From positions 186,001-250,000 of the forward strand of contig JAHEAD010000001.1 in the NCBI GenBank assembly GCA_019721075.1: a stretch of 64,000 bases of DNA, written 5' to 3'. The notes below the pieces were generated by a model that was not told where the DNA came from, searched no databases, and saw only the letters and a program-made list of their open reading frames with translations. How positions within the stretch are numbered: the first letter of the stretch is position 1; the number at the start of each line of letters is the position of its first letter. This document shows, piece after piece, positions 49,988-59,688 of the stretch. This DNA is from Candidatus Sysuiplasma jiujiangense. GTDB lineage: Archaea > Thermoplasmatota > Thermoplasmata > Sysuiplasmatales > Sysuiplasmataceae. A program made the translations under genes and the position numbers.

Positions 49988-50612
49988 AATATTCAAGTCA
50001 GTGCAGGGCGAGGGATTGCTTATAGGAATTCCAACGCTCTTCATCAGGACTGCCGGATGCGACCTGCGCTGCGTATGGTGTGATACTCCTTACGCACTGC
50101 TGAAGAGCCAGGGAACAGAGTGGTCTGTTGAAGATATAATCAGCGAGGCTGATAGGCATGGCACTAGCGAAGTCTGCCTAACGGGAGGTGATCCGCTAAT
50201 GCAGATGGAAGATTCATTGGAAGTGATATCGGCACTCATCGGAAAAGGTTACAGAGTTTTGCTGGAAACTAGCGGTGCCTACACCATAGAGCACATGCCT
50301 TTAACAGAGAAACTGATAATAAGCATGGACCTGAAACTGCCAGGTTCGGGCATGGTGGACAGAAACAGATATGAGAACATTTCGTTACTAAGGAAGTGGG
50401 ACCAGCTCAAATTTATAATTGCCGACAGGAAAGATTACGATTATGCAAAGCGTCTGCTTTTGGAATACAGCATCCGCTGTGAGGTCATAGCGACACCCGT
50501 TGGCGGAAAGGATCTCAGGTGGCTTGTGGAGAGCGTACTTGAAGATGATTTAAAATTAAGGGTACTCCCACAGTTGCACAAATATATATGGGGTGATGAA
50601 AGAGGCAGATGA
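49974..50612 (+). CDS. queE: 7-carboxy-7-deazaguanine synthase (radical SAM)
   Basis: SVQGEG, CDLRCVWCDT, TGGDP and PQLHK motifs. Confidence 0.95.
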   Translation: MKINEIFKSVQGEGLLIGIPTLFIRTAGCDLRCVWCDTPYALLKSQGTEWSVEDIISEADRHGTSEVCLTGGDPLMQMEDSLEVISALIGKGYRVLLETSGAYTIEHMPLTEKLIISMDLKLPGSGMVDRNRYENISLLRKWDQLKFIIADRKDYDYAKRLLLEYSIRCEVIATPVGGKDLRWLVESVLEDDLKLRVLPQLHKYIWGDERGR

Positions 50613-50641
50613 ACCCGAACCCTCTGAAGGCAGATTCCTGA

Positions 50642-51664
50642 TTACTGCTCTGACAGTATCTGATCGAATCTGAATTCAGAGAACTTCTTCAAACCGATCG
50701 CAATTTCCGCTTCAACAGGCGTTAGTATGGGTTTGGCATATCGTGAATAATCATCAATCGCGACCCTGGGGCACACTGTAGAGGCGAAGGCATCAAAATC
50801 ATATGATCCAATCAATTCGGGTGTCACGACGTTTGTCTGAATCAGTGATGCTCTTCTTCCGGAATTCTCAATTTCCTTTAGAAGTCTTTCAGCAAGCTGT
50901 TTCCTCCTCTGACCTAACTTCGAGCTTACCAGTATTCCAAAAGACCTTGCGTTCATTGAACGTTCAACGGCAAGGAGGCGCTGTTTCATTATCGAGTCGC
51001 GAATCGATTCTATTGTCCTGACAGTTCCATCCATGGGATTAGCGCAGATAAGTGATTTGTCAGTAAGCATAACAAGTCCAATTGGATGAAAATCACCGTC
51101 ACCGACATACAGAAAGGAATCCACGCTGTCTTCGATGCCAAGGGCTGAGGTGTAATCGCATCCAAGCAGTTGTGCGTATCCGCCCAGTCTGCTGTCACCG
51201 CGCGAATATACTGCACGTATGCCGGAACGGTTAATGTAAGCAATTATAGCATCAAGGTAATGCATGTGCTGGGCTGTGGTCACTACACCGACAATACCCT
51301 TCAGGTAAGAGAGAGCCTTCTCCACCACAGGAATCGGATCAATGCTGACAAAAATGTTTGCAAAGTACATCTTTGGTATTGCACCTATACTCGGCATTTC
51401 AGTGTGGCCCATTTGAATAACAAGATCAGAAATTCCAAACAGATGAACAGGTATGTCGCATGCACCGAAGCAGGGTTCCGAGTCGATTATCACACGGACG
51501 TTTGCCGCCGATTCGATTGTCGCGGCAATCTCTGATGCGAAAACCCTCAATCCTTCGGGGAGCTGGAGCGCGACAGTCTTTGCATTCCTCTTCCGTACGG
51601 CAGCGCAAATGCCATCATAATCGGCGAGGAGCTTCGATCCGTCGACAACAGGAACAAGCGACAT
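50642..51664 (-). CDS. dph2: Diphthamide biosynthesis enzyme Dph2
   Basis: LQLPEGL, CFGACD, QLLGCD, FHPIG and CPRVAIDD motifs. Confidence 0.95.
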   Translation of the reverse strand: MSLVPVVDGSKLLADYDGICAAVRKRNAKTVALQLPEGLRVFASEIAATIESAANVRVIIDSEPCFGACDIPVHLFGISDLVIQMGHTEMPSIGAIPKMYFANIFVSIDPIPVVEKALSYLKGIVGVVTTAQHMHYLDAIIAYINRSGIRAVYSRGDSRLGGYAQLLGCDYTSALGIEDSVDSFLYVGDGDFHPIGLVMLTDKSLICANPMDGTVRTIESIRDSIMKQRLLAVERSMNARSFGILVSSKLGQRRKQLAERLLKEIENSGRRASLIQTNVVTPELIGSYDFDAFASTVCPRVAIDDYSRYAKPILTPVEAEIAIGLKKFSEFRFDQILSEQ

Positions 51665-51830
51665 ATTGTTTTCAGGATTTCAATCAACGCTGACTGTAAT
51701 TAAACATTTGCAGTGATCCCTCTCTAAATTTTTAAAGTCCGCCGTTCAGGCAGTAAACGAACCTGGGAAAGTGGCGCATAAAAAGACGATGCGAAAACAA
51801 TATCTCACCGACAAGACAGAATTTTTGCTT

Positions 51831-52826
51831 TCAGGTAATGACATCTGTATCCGGAAAGTATCTCAGATCAGAAAATCCTTCGCGACCCTCGGTGTGAAAT
51901 CTGCAGGTATTGCATTGTATATTCACTGTGTCATCCCATAGTTCAAGCGGATTATTACATCGGGGGCAGCAGAATATATCATCGAAATTCCGTATCAAAT
52001 TACCCTTACCCTGCGCTTTCGAGGCGAGAATAAATCTTGTAGGCATCAAAGGCGCTCTTCGGAAACTGAGTGCAAGATTTAAGAAAAATTCCAAAGGAAG
52101 GAGTTCCGTCAGTCTGTAATCTTCCAGACCTGAGGACAAGCATGTCACCTCCGAGAGATTTGTTTCCGCCAGAAGCGCATTAACATAGTTACCACTGAAA
52201 GAGAAAGTCGGAATCTCCGCCGGCTCGAGTCGCGCAATATCCCTTCTTGAAAATGTAATCGGCTTCCAGGAATTTTTCAGCGCCGCCTTCTTTTCCTGAA
52301 ACCTGATTACAAACTTAATGTCATCGGTCAGTGTAGCAATCGATGGTCTGGGACTGTATGAGAATATCAAGGATCCGCCAGGGATGAGTACGCGTGCCAT
52401 CTCGCGCAGCGCCTTAACCGGGTTAGAAAGGAAATTGAACACGCGTATCATTATTACAGTGTCAAAAGAGTTATCTCTGAAAGGCAGAGAGTAGAGGTTG
52501 GAAGACAACAGTCTTGCTTTACGGAAGTCAGACAGTTTCCTGAGGTTCCTCAAAAATGCCGGATTAATGTCTGTTCCTACGTATTCAACGGAAGTCGAAT
52601 AGATAATATCTGAGAGTCTCCCGTTACCTGTACCTACTTCCAGTCCACGTCTATTACCTGTTTTTCGGAGAAGAGCAGACAGTATGGCACGTTCAACAGC
52701 GGTGACTTTTTCGCGCCCCGTCCAGAGTTTTTGAAAATCTAAGTTTGTGAACCCACAAGTAAACTCCGGAAGGTCATTCCTTCCGGCAGATTCATTTCCC
52801 GTTTCCTTGAAGGTTAAAAATATCAT
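51831..52826 (-). CDS. Class I SAM-dependent methyltransferase with a C-terminal Zn-ribbon
   Basis: LEVGTGNGR, LPFRDNSFD and EMARVLIPGG; C-terminal CPRC...CNTC. Confidence 0.85.
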   Translation of the reverse strand: MIFLTFKETGNESAGRNDLPEFTCGFTNLDFQKLWTGREKVTAVERAILSALLRKTGNRRGLEVGTGNGRLSDIIYSTSVEYVGTDINPAFLRNLRKLSDFRKARLLSSNLYSLPFRDNSFDTVIMIRVFNFLSNPVKALREMARVLIPGGSLIFSYSPRPSIATLTDDIKFVIRFQEKKAALKNSWKPITFSRRDIARLEPAEIPTFSFSGNYVNALLAETNLSEVTCLSSGLEDYRLTELLPLEFFLNLALSFRRAPLMPTRFILASKAQGKGNLIRNFDDIFCCPRCNNPLELWDDTVNIQCNTCRFHTEGREGFSDLRYFPDTDVIT

Positions 52827-52876
52827 CCTCCAACAGCATTAATCAAGCACTAAGTCGGTATTTCAATTATTGATGT

Positions 52877-53098
52877 TCAGGGTGAATATCTGTCATCATG
52901 CCGGATTGCAGCTTCAATCATATCTATTTCATATCCCAGGTTTTCTACTACCTTATCCCCCACAGGTCTGACCCTGAAAATGAAGCCATGTTTTGAAAGA
53001 ATAAAAAGGTACGAACATCGTTTAGTATCCAGGCCGAGGCAAACACCCTTTCCAGAAAATAAATATTTCAACGGAAAATATTCGGAATATACCTTCAT
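52877..53098 (-). CDS. Small hypothetical protein (73 aa)
   Basis: GGAGG 9 nt before the ATG; protein-like composition; co-oriented with and upstream of the methyltransferase. Confidence 0.55.
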   Translation of the reverse strand: MKVYSEYFPLKYLFSGKGVCLGLDTKRCSYLFILSKHGFIFRVRPVGDKVVENLGYEIDMIEAAIRHDDRYSP

Positions 53099-53175
53099 TT
53101 ATGACAGCCTCCCACTGACAGTCTTCAGTCCATGATACATGAATCAATCATTACGTATTTGAAGCAGTCATAAGC

Positions 53176-53991
53176 ATGAGAAAGCAGCATTCCCAGGTTA
53201 AGAAGATTCTGGCTATGACGGAAAAGGATATCGATAAAATTTCAGCCGTTGACGTGGTGATACGAACATTCAATTCAGATCGATTGCTCCAAAAGTGCAT
53301 TTCATCCATCAGATCGCTTCTGCCCGTAAACAGATTGATAGTAGTGGACCACTACAGCACAGACAGAACTGTCCCTGTTGCCAGATCTTACGGTGCGGAA
53401 ATATATTTTGAGGACAGGGGACTTGGATATGCAACTTCCCTGGGAGCATCTCTGGCAAACACTGAATACACACTGTTTATTGATAGCGATGTAATAGTTA
53501 CAAATGCCGACTTTTACAGAGACGCGGTCAAATTTTTCAGTGATTACAGAACAGGGGCAGTTGTAGGAGTCGAAAGAAATCATCCGTTTCACTATGGACT
53601 CCCTCTGGGGCTTACACTATTTAAATCAGAATTCATCAAAAGTGTCGATATACCAGAGTATACTATGGGAAGGGAAACTTACTTCATACAGAAGGCAATT
53701 TCAAGAAGAAAGCTGAAAATTAAATATTTAAGCGATGCAATGGTACACGATTCAATATATCGAAGCTGGAACCGGTGGCCTGAATGGCAGGGTGCCCAGA
53801 TCAGATTCTGTGCCGGCCTGAATCCCTGGCAGCTTGTAGATTCATTTTTTGTTGTCCTTCTTATGCACATGAACAGCAAAAAACCGAAGAATATCCTGTA
53901 CACTCCCCTGTTCTATCTCAAGTTGCTGAGAGGTTTTCTCTTTCCATTCAAGTGGGGTTATCTGGACAGAAGAAAGATTAAGCTCTTTTAA
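53176..53991 (+). CDS. Glycosyltransferase family 2
   Basis: VDVVIRTFN, VVDHYSTDRT and LFIDSD motifs. Confidence 0.9.
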   Translation: MRKQHSQVKKILAMTEKDIDKISAVDVVIRTFNSDRLLQKCISSIRSLLPVNRLIVVDHYSTDRTVPVARSYGAEIYFEDRGLGYATSLGASLANTEYTLFIDSDVIVTNADFYRDAVKFFSDYRTGAVVGVERNHPFHYGLPLGLTLFKSEFIKSVDIPEYTMGRETYFIQKAISRRKLKIKYLSDAMVHDSIYRSWNRWPEWQGAQIRFCAGLNPWQLVDSFFVVLLMHMNSKKPKNILYTPLFYLKLLRGFLFPFKWGYLDRRKIKLF

Positions 53992-54041
53992 TAAACAAGT
54001 CAACCATTTTATCACTAGATCTACGCTTAGTCAGGGATAGT

Positions 54042-55202
54042 ATGAAAAAACCAGGGATTATATTCGACGAAAATGAAACTATTCAGCTGTCGTCGGGAAA
54101 CAGCTGGATCACGCTTTCATATTTTGAAGACGGAAAAAATCTCTATTTGATGTCAACAGGTCAGAATTCAAGATGGCCATCGGAAGTACTCAGAAAGGGC
54201 AGTGCTGTTTTCAGGCTGAAAGGCGAGATCCGTTCAGGAACAGCAGAGCTCATAGGTAATTCCCTTGAGAGAAAGAGAATCATGGACAGCTTTCGAATTA
54301 AATACGGCGATGAAAAATACAGTAGATGGTTTCAGACAACAGCAAGGGTGATTAAAATCACCAATGCGCAGAACAGGATACCGGAAAACGAACTATACTA
54401 CAGATGGCTGGAATCTGAGTTCGATTCAGTCGCTTATGATTATGACAGGCACATTACCGGTAACAGCATAAACATGCTTTTGAGAGATCGTTCGCTTAAA
54501 CTTATGAGGCATATTTTTTCTAACTCACACACGCTACTCGAAATAGGGTGCGGATCAGGAATGGAAACGCTGCCGATGCTCAGAGAGGGGCATGACGTTG
54601 TTGCACTGGACATTTCATCTGAAATGCTCAGGGTGGTTGAAAACAAATCTAAGTCTGCTGGCCTCAGTGGTCAACTCATTACAAGAAAGATGAAGGCATC
54701 GCAAATAGAAGAGCTGGCGGCTGAATTCGGAGAAGAGTTTTTCGACGGGGCATATTCCACATATGGTGCACTGAATTGTGAGCCTTCGCTTATTGAAATA
54801 CCCCGGGCGCTCGGCCTGCTGTTGAAAAAAGAAAGCCGCTTCGTTGCCGGTATTTATAATAAATTTTGCCTGACCGAAATCCTTGGTTACGGCTTGACAC
54901 TCAGGCTGGGCAGAATTACCGGCAGGGTAGAGAGCAGAGTCCTCGAAGGGAACTCGAGATTCTGCATAGACGTCTATCCGTACAGCGTCCTTGATTTCGA
55001 GACCATATTCAGTCCGTTTTTTAAAAAGGAAAGTGTTATTGGCGTTCCTGTAATACTTCCTCCGTCAGACCTGGACCGGTATGCCAGAAAATTCTCCAGC
55101 CATAGGGAAAAACTGTATAAAATTGACATGCTGCTCGGTAGAATTTGGCCATTCTACGCTCTGGGCGATCACTTCCTCATGACGCTGTCAAAGAAAAACT
55201 GA
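54042..55202 (+). CDS. Fusion of a split-barrel (deazaflavin nitroreductase/PNPOx-like) N-terminal domain and a class I methyltransferase
   Basis: Methyltransferase motifs LLEIGCGSG, ALDISSEML and FDGAYSTYGALNC. The N-terminal ~105 aa pattern (LYL...S.W...F..KYG) suggests a split barrel, a weaker call. Confidence 0.7.
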   Translation: MKKPGIIFDENETIQLSSGNSWITLSYFEDGKNLYLMSTGQNSRWPSEVLRKGSAVFRLKGEIRSGTAELIGNSLERKRIMDSFRIKYGDEKYSRWFQTTARVIKITNAQNRIPENELYYRWLESEFDSVAYDYDRHITGNSINMLLRDRSLKLMRHIFSNSHTLLEIGCGSGMETLPMLREGHDVVALDISSEMLRVVENKSKSAGLSGQLITRKMKASQIEELAAEFGEEFFDGAYSTYGALNCEPSLIEIPRALGLLLKKESRFVAGIYNKFCLTEILGYGLTLRLGRITGRVESRVLEGNSRFCIDVYPYSVLDFETIFSPFFKKESVIGVPVILPPSDLDRYARKFSSHREKLYKIDMLLGRIWPFYALGDHFLMTLSKKN

Positions 55203-55259
55203 CCTGAATGCTCTCTTCATGTTGCAACCATTATATTTGTCATTAAAGATGTGGTCAAT

Positions 55260-56525
55260 ATGAAGCTGTCAATTGTGGGCTCCGGATATGTAGGCATGGT
55301 TACCGGCGCATGCTTTTCGAGGATCGGCAACGATGTAATAATGGTGGACAGCGTTGAAAGTAAGGTCAAACTGGTTAACGCAGGGATCCCCACTGTTTAT
55401 GAGAAGGATCTCGAAGAAATTGTTGCCGGCACAGTTAGAGAAGGCAGGTTGAAGGCAGTCAATAGTATTGACAAAGCCATAAATTCAAGCGATCTTTCTT
55501 TCATATGCGTCGGGACTCCGTCAACGAGCGACGGCAAACAAAATCTGGATTATATAAAGAAAGTGTCAGAAGAGATAGGAATGTCAATAAGGAGGAAGGC
55601 AGGATACCACACAGTCGTCGTAAAGAGCACGGTTGTCCCCGGCACAACTGAAGGGGTGGTGAAGAAAATCATCGAAAACATCAGCGGGAAAAAAGCTGGA
55701 ATTGATTTCGGCCTCGGAATGAATCCCGAATTCCTGAAAGAGGGCGGCGCGGTTAATGATTTTATGAAACCGGACAGAGTGGTGATCGGAAGTTTTGATG
55801 AAACGACAAAAAAGGTGCTTGAGGATATCTACGCGCCTTTCACTGCACCAAAGATATTCACAGACTGCACGACGGCCGAGATGATAAAGTACGCGTCCAA
55901 CATATTTCTGTCTGCAAGGGTTGCGCTTATTAACGAAATAGGCAATGTTTCCAAGGTTCTTGGCATAGATACGCGTGTTGTTGCGAGAACGATCGGGATG
56001 GACAGGCGGATAGGCCCGCTGTTCCTTAACGCAGGAGCTGGCTTTGGCGGCAGCTGCTTCAGGAAGGATGCTTCTGCCTTTTCTTCGCTTGCCGATGAAC
56101 TGGGTGTGGACACGCCGATAGTAGATGCGGTACTCACACAAAACGAGAGGCAGCCTCTGAAACTTGTAGAGATGCTTGAGAAAAGAATGAAAATAGCAGG
56201 AAAGAGGGTTGCCGTCCTTGGTCTCTCATTCAAGCCAGATTCAGATGACGTCAGGGATGCGCCTTCAATCAGGGTTGTCGGCGAACTGCTCAAAAAGGGG
56301 GCCGAGGTTATTGCTTTCGATCCCAAAGCAATGGAAAATTTCAGAAAGCTCTTTCCTGGAATCACTTATGCCGCCTCCCCCGCAGAAGCCGCCGGTGGTT
56401 CTGATGCCATAATCATTGTCACTGAGTGGAAAGAATTCTCAGACCCGCTCATATATGGTGGAAAGCTTGTTGTGGACGGCAGAGGAGTAACGAAAACGAG
56501 TAACTATGAAGGGATATGCTGGTGA
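55260..56525 (+). CDS. ugd: UDP-glucose 6-dehydrogenase
   Basis: GSGYVG, CVGTP, KSTVVPGT, NPEFLKEG and GFGGSCF motifs. Confidence 0.93.
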   Translation: MKLSIVGSGYVGMVTGACFSRIGNDVIMVDSVESKVKLVNAGIPTVYEKDLEEIVAGTVREGRLKAVNSIDKAINSSDLSFICVGTPSTSDGKQNLDYIKKVSEEIGMSIRRKAGYHTVVVKSTVVPGTTEGVVKKIIENISGKKAGIDFGLGMNPEFLKEGGAVNDFMKPDRVVIGSFDETTKKVLEDIYAPFTAPKIFTDCTTAEMIKYASNIFLSARVALINEIGNVSKVLGIDTRVVARTIGMDRRIGPLFLNAGAGFGGSCFRKDASAFSSLADELGVDTPIVDAVLTQNERQPLKLVEMLEKRMKIAGKRVAVLGLSFKPDSDDVRDAPSIRVVGELLKKGAEVIAFDPKAMENFRKLFPGITYAASPAEAAGGSDAIIIVTEWKEFSDPLIYGGKLVVDGRGVTKTSNYEGICW

Positions 56526-57384
56526 TTTACTGAAAGCAGTCATACCGGCGGCAGGAATGGGAACACGTTTCCTTCCGCTGACAAAAGTTCAACCCAAGGA
56601 GATGCTCCCTGTCGTGGATAAGCCGGTTATACAATATGTGGTTGAGGAAGCGGTTAGAGCCGGAATAAAGGACATAATAATAGTCACCGGAAAGGAGAAA
56701 AGGGCAATAGAGGACCACTTTGATTCATCCCCCGAACTTGAAAGGCTGCTAACTGAACGCGGAAAGGGGGAATATCTTCAGAAGGTCAGAGAAATTTCGT
56801 CACTGGCCGAAATACATTATATCAGACAGAAACACCCGAAAGGTCTTGGAGATGCCGTATACTGTGCACGTCACCATGTAGGAAACGAAAGTTTTGCTGT
56901 TATGCTCGGGGATACGATAAACATATCAAGTGTTCCTGTTGTGAAACAGCTGATGGACATACACAAAGAGACGGCTTCTTCAGTAATAGCTATAGAAAAA
57001 GTAAGGAAGGAGAAGATAAAAGACTATGGTATAATAAAGGGAAAACAGATTGCAAAGGGATTGTTCGACATTGAAAAAATGGTAGAGAAGCCGTCTGTGG
57101 CAGAAGCTCCGTCAAACCTGGGAATTACGGGAACATACATTCTGACACCCGGTATTTTCGATGCTATTGAAAAGACCGAAGCTGATGGTAAGGGTGAAAT
57201 ACAACTTACGGACGCGCTCTCAGTTCTGAAACAGAGCGAAAAGATATATGGATATGTCTTTGAGGGGAAGAGATACGACATAGGAGACATGTATCTCTGG
57301 ATGAAGGTCAATATTGAGCTCACGCTCAAAAGCTCAAAGTACGGAAGCAGGCTGAGAAGAGAAATGGGGGAATACAAACAGTGA
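56506..57384 (+). CDS. galU: UTP-glucose-1-phosphate uridylyltransferase
   Basis: KAVIPAAGMGTRFLP.TK..PKEMLP, VEKP and GEIQLTDA motifs. Confidence 0.94.
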   Translation: MKGYAGDLLKAVIPAAGMGTRFLPLTKVQPKEMLPVVDKPVIQYVVEEAVRAGIKDIIIVTGKEKRAIEDHFDSSPELERLLTERGKGEYLQKVREISSLAEIHYIRQKHPKGLGDAVYCARHHVGNESFAVMLGDTINISSVPVVKQLMDIHKETASSVIAIEKVRKEKIKDYGIIKGKQIAKGLFDIEKMVEKPSVAEAPSNLGITGTYILTPGIFDAIEKTEADGKGEIQLTDALSVLKQSEKIYGYVFEGKRYDIGDMYLWMKVNIELTLKSSKYGSRLRREMGEYKQ

Positions 57385-58340
57385 AAATCCTCGTAACTGG
57401 CGGTGCAGGATTCATCGGTTCCGCACTGTGTGAAAGACTGCTCAGAAACGGAGATTCGGTTATCTGCGTAGACAATCTTTCCAGCGGCAGGAGGGTAAAT
57501 ATTTCACATCTTGAATCGGACGACCGAATGACATTTCTGAAGAGAGATATCACAGAACCGCTGGGCATAGATGGGAAAATAGACAGAATATATCATCTGG
57601 CATCTATGGCCTCCCCGATAGATTTTGAGACGCATGCACTTGAAATTGCATTGACAGGTTCGCTGGGAACAATAAATGTGCTGCAGCTCGCAAGAGAGAA
57701 GAAAGCAAGGTTTCTTCTGTCTTCGACATCGGAAGTCTATGGTCAGCCGGCAAGACATCCGCAATCCGAAGACTACTGGGGAAATGTAAATCCCGTGGGT
57801 GTCAGGGCTTGCTACGATGAGTCAAAGCGCTTTTCTGAAATGATGACTACAGTCTTCGGGAGGACTCACGACCTTGATGCCAGGATAGCCAGAATTTTCA
57901 ACACATACGGACCCGGAATGAGACCCGGGGATGGGAGGGTGATACCAAATTTTGTAACCCAGGCGCTTTCAAACAGGCCGATGACGATTAACGGAGATGG
58001 CCAGCAGACACGATGCTTCTGCTATATCGACGACATGGTTGATGGCCTTATCAAACTCATGGAAACCGACGATATCAGGAATGCCGGCCCGGTAAATCTG
58101 GGAAGCGACAAGGAGATCACTGTTTTGCAGCTTGCAAACATGATCAGGGATATGACCTCATCTGACAGCAGGTTGGTTTTCAATGACATGCCTTCGGATG
58201 ACCCGGTGAGGAGGAGGCCGGACATAAGGAAGGCGGCCCAGATACTTGGATGGAAACCTAAAACCACACTTGGCGCCGGTTTAAAGAAAGTAATCGAAAA
58301 ATACCATGCCGCCAAAACAGCTGACCAGAATATGAGATGA
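57381..58340 (+). CDS. UDP-glucuronate decarboxylase (UDP-xylose synthase)-like SDR
   Basis: GGAGFIG, HLASMASP, STSEVYG, YWGNVNPVG.RACYDESKR and DDP.RRRPDI motifs. Confidence 0.88.
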   Translation: MKILVTGGAGFIGSALCERLLRNGDSVICVDNLSSGRRVNISHLESDDRMTFLKRDITEPLGIDGKIDRIYHLASMASPIDFETHALEIALTGSLGTINVLQLAREKKARFLLSSTSEVYGQPARHPQSEDYWGNVNPVGVRACYDESKRFSEMMTTVFGRTHDLDARIARIFNTYGPGMRPGDGRVIPNFVTQALSNRPMTINGDGQQTRCFCYIDDMVDGLIKLMETDDIRNAGPVNLGSDKEITVLQLANMIRDMTSSDSRLVFNDMPSDDPVRRRPDIRKAAQILGWKPKTTLGAGLKKVIEKYHAAKTADQNMR

Positions 58341-58380
58341 GATTAAACGGCAACCATACAGGAATGTTTTTATTTCAACA

Positions 58381-59610
58381 GTGAGCATTAAACCTGTGCG
58401 CCAGCAGAAAGCAGATGTCGTCCCGAGGGAACTGTCATTTTCTAAGGAGGCATTCATCCGGTATTACACATCACATCCGGTTGAGCCTCCCCTGAAGACG
58501 TCCTCCAGAGAGTTCGGTTTCATGTTCTTTGACAGGAATTACGTTCAGAGACATGTAAGTCTCAGGAACGAGACAGAACTCAACAATTTTCTCAAAATTC
58601 GCGGTCCTTCCCATTCCTATTATTCTGCCGCATATTACGAGAAACCAGACGCGCAGACAATGGCGGAGAAGGGGTGGGGAGGCGCAGATCTCATTTTCGA
58701 TCTTGATGCAGATCACGTCAGAGGGTCGGAGAAACTGCCATACGAGGAAATGCTGAAAGTTGTAAAGAGTGTGATGATTCATCTCTACGATGACTTCATA
58801 ATTTCCGATCTGGGCTTCGACGAGAAGGAAACTGAAATTGTTTTTTCAGGAGGTCGCGGTTATCACATACATGTTTACAGTGAGTCCGTCATATCGCTGG
58901 GCAATCATGAGAGACGTGAAATTGTGGATTACATTACAGCAACAGGCCTGGATGCAGGCGCACTATTCCGGACACAGGTTGTAGGAGTGGATGAAGATCG
59001 AGGGGGGAAGAGAATAACAACAATGAAAATCCCTTCTGAAGATGACGGTGGCTGGTATGCAAAGGCATTTGGCGTAATGAACGAAGTGCTTTCGCAGATG
59101 GAAAACGAGGATAGTGCTGTCAGGCTTCTAACGGAATACGGCATTCCCGAAAAACAGGCCAGGAGAATGGCCGCCAATCTGGCGGATAAAGGGGGCAGGG
59201 AGAGGATCAGGGAAACGGGCCTCATAGACATATTCGGCAACTCATCCAGACAAGACGACAACAGAATTTTCACAGAAATGCTGACCAGAAGAACGGTCGA
59301 CAAAAAGGGGGGCCAGACAGACGAACCTGTGACCAGTGACATCCATAGACTTATAAGACTTCCGGGAACACTTCATGGAAAAACCGCACTGAAGGTTGTT
59401 TCGTTGAAGAGAGATGAACTTGACAATTTCGATCCGCTGACCGATGCCGTTCCTGACTTTGGAGATGAGAGAGTGAAGATAACCACAGTGAATTCTTTCG
59501 CAACCCCTCCTTTTATGGGGCAGCCTATAAACATAAAGGAGGGAATAAACGAAATACCTGTCAATATTGCGTTATTCCTGATGCTGAGGAGACAGGCCAG
59601 ACTCCCGTAG
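58381..59610 (+). CDS. priS: DNA primase catalytic (small) subunit
   Basis: REFGF, DLIFDLDAD, FSGGRGYHIH and DEPVTSDIHRLIRLPGTLHGKT motifs. Confidence 0.95.
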   Translation: MSIKPVRQQKADVVPRELSFSKEAFIRYYTSHPVEPPLKTSSREFGFMFFDRNYVQRHVSLRNETELNNFLKIRGPSHSYYSAAYYEKPDAQTMAEKGWGGADLIFDLDADHVRGSEKLPYEEMLKVVKSVMIHLYDDFIISDLGFDEKETEIVFSGGRGYHIHVYSESVISLGNHERREIVDYITATGLDAGALFRTQVVGVDEDRGGKRITTMKIPSEDDGGWYAKAFGVMNEVLSQMENEDSAVRLLTEYGIPEKQARRMAANLADKGGRERIRETGLIDIFGNSSRQDDNRIFTEMLTRRTVDKKGGQTDEPVTSDIHRLIRLPGTLHGKTALKVVSLKRDELDNFDPLTDAVPDFGDERVKITTVNSFATPPFMGQPINIKEGINEIPVNIALFLMLRRQARLP

Positions 59611-59688
59611 GAGTGTCTGCCGCAATGGAAGTTTTGCTGATAACCGGTCAGAAACTTATATAAAAAGACATTGAAAATAGCTGTAGGG

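Noticed and set aside
48846..50612. queDCE as part of a 7-deazaguanine DNA-modification (dpd) defence system
   Set aside because: No dpdA/tgt paralogue or helicase genes are nearby. PreQ0 supply for archaeosine tRNA modification is the ordinary explanation.
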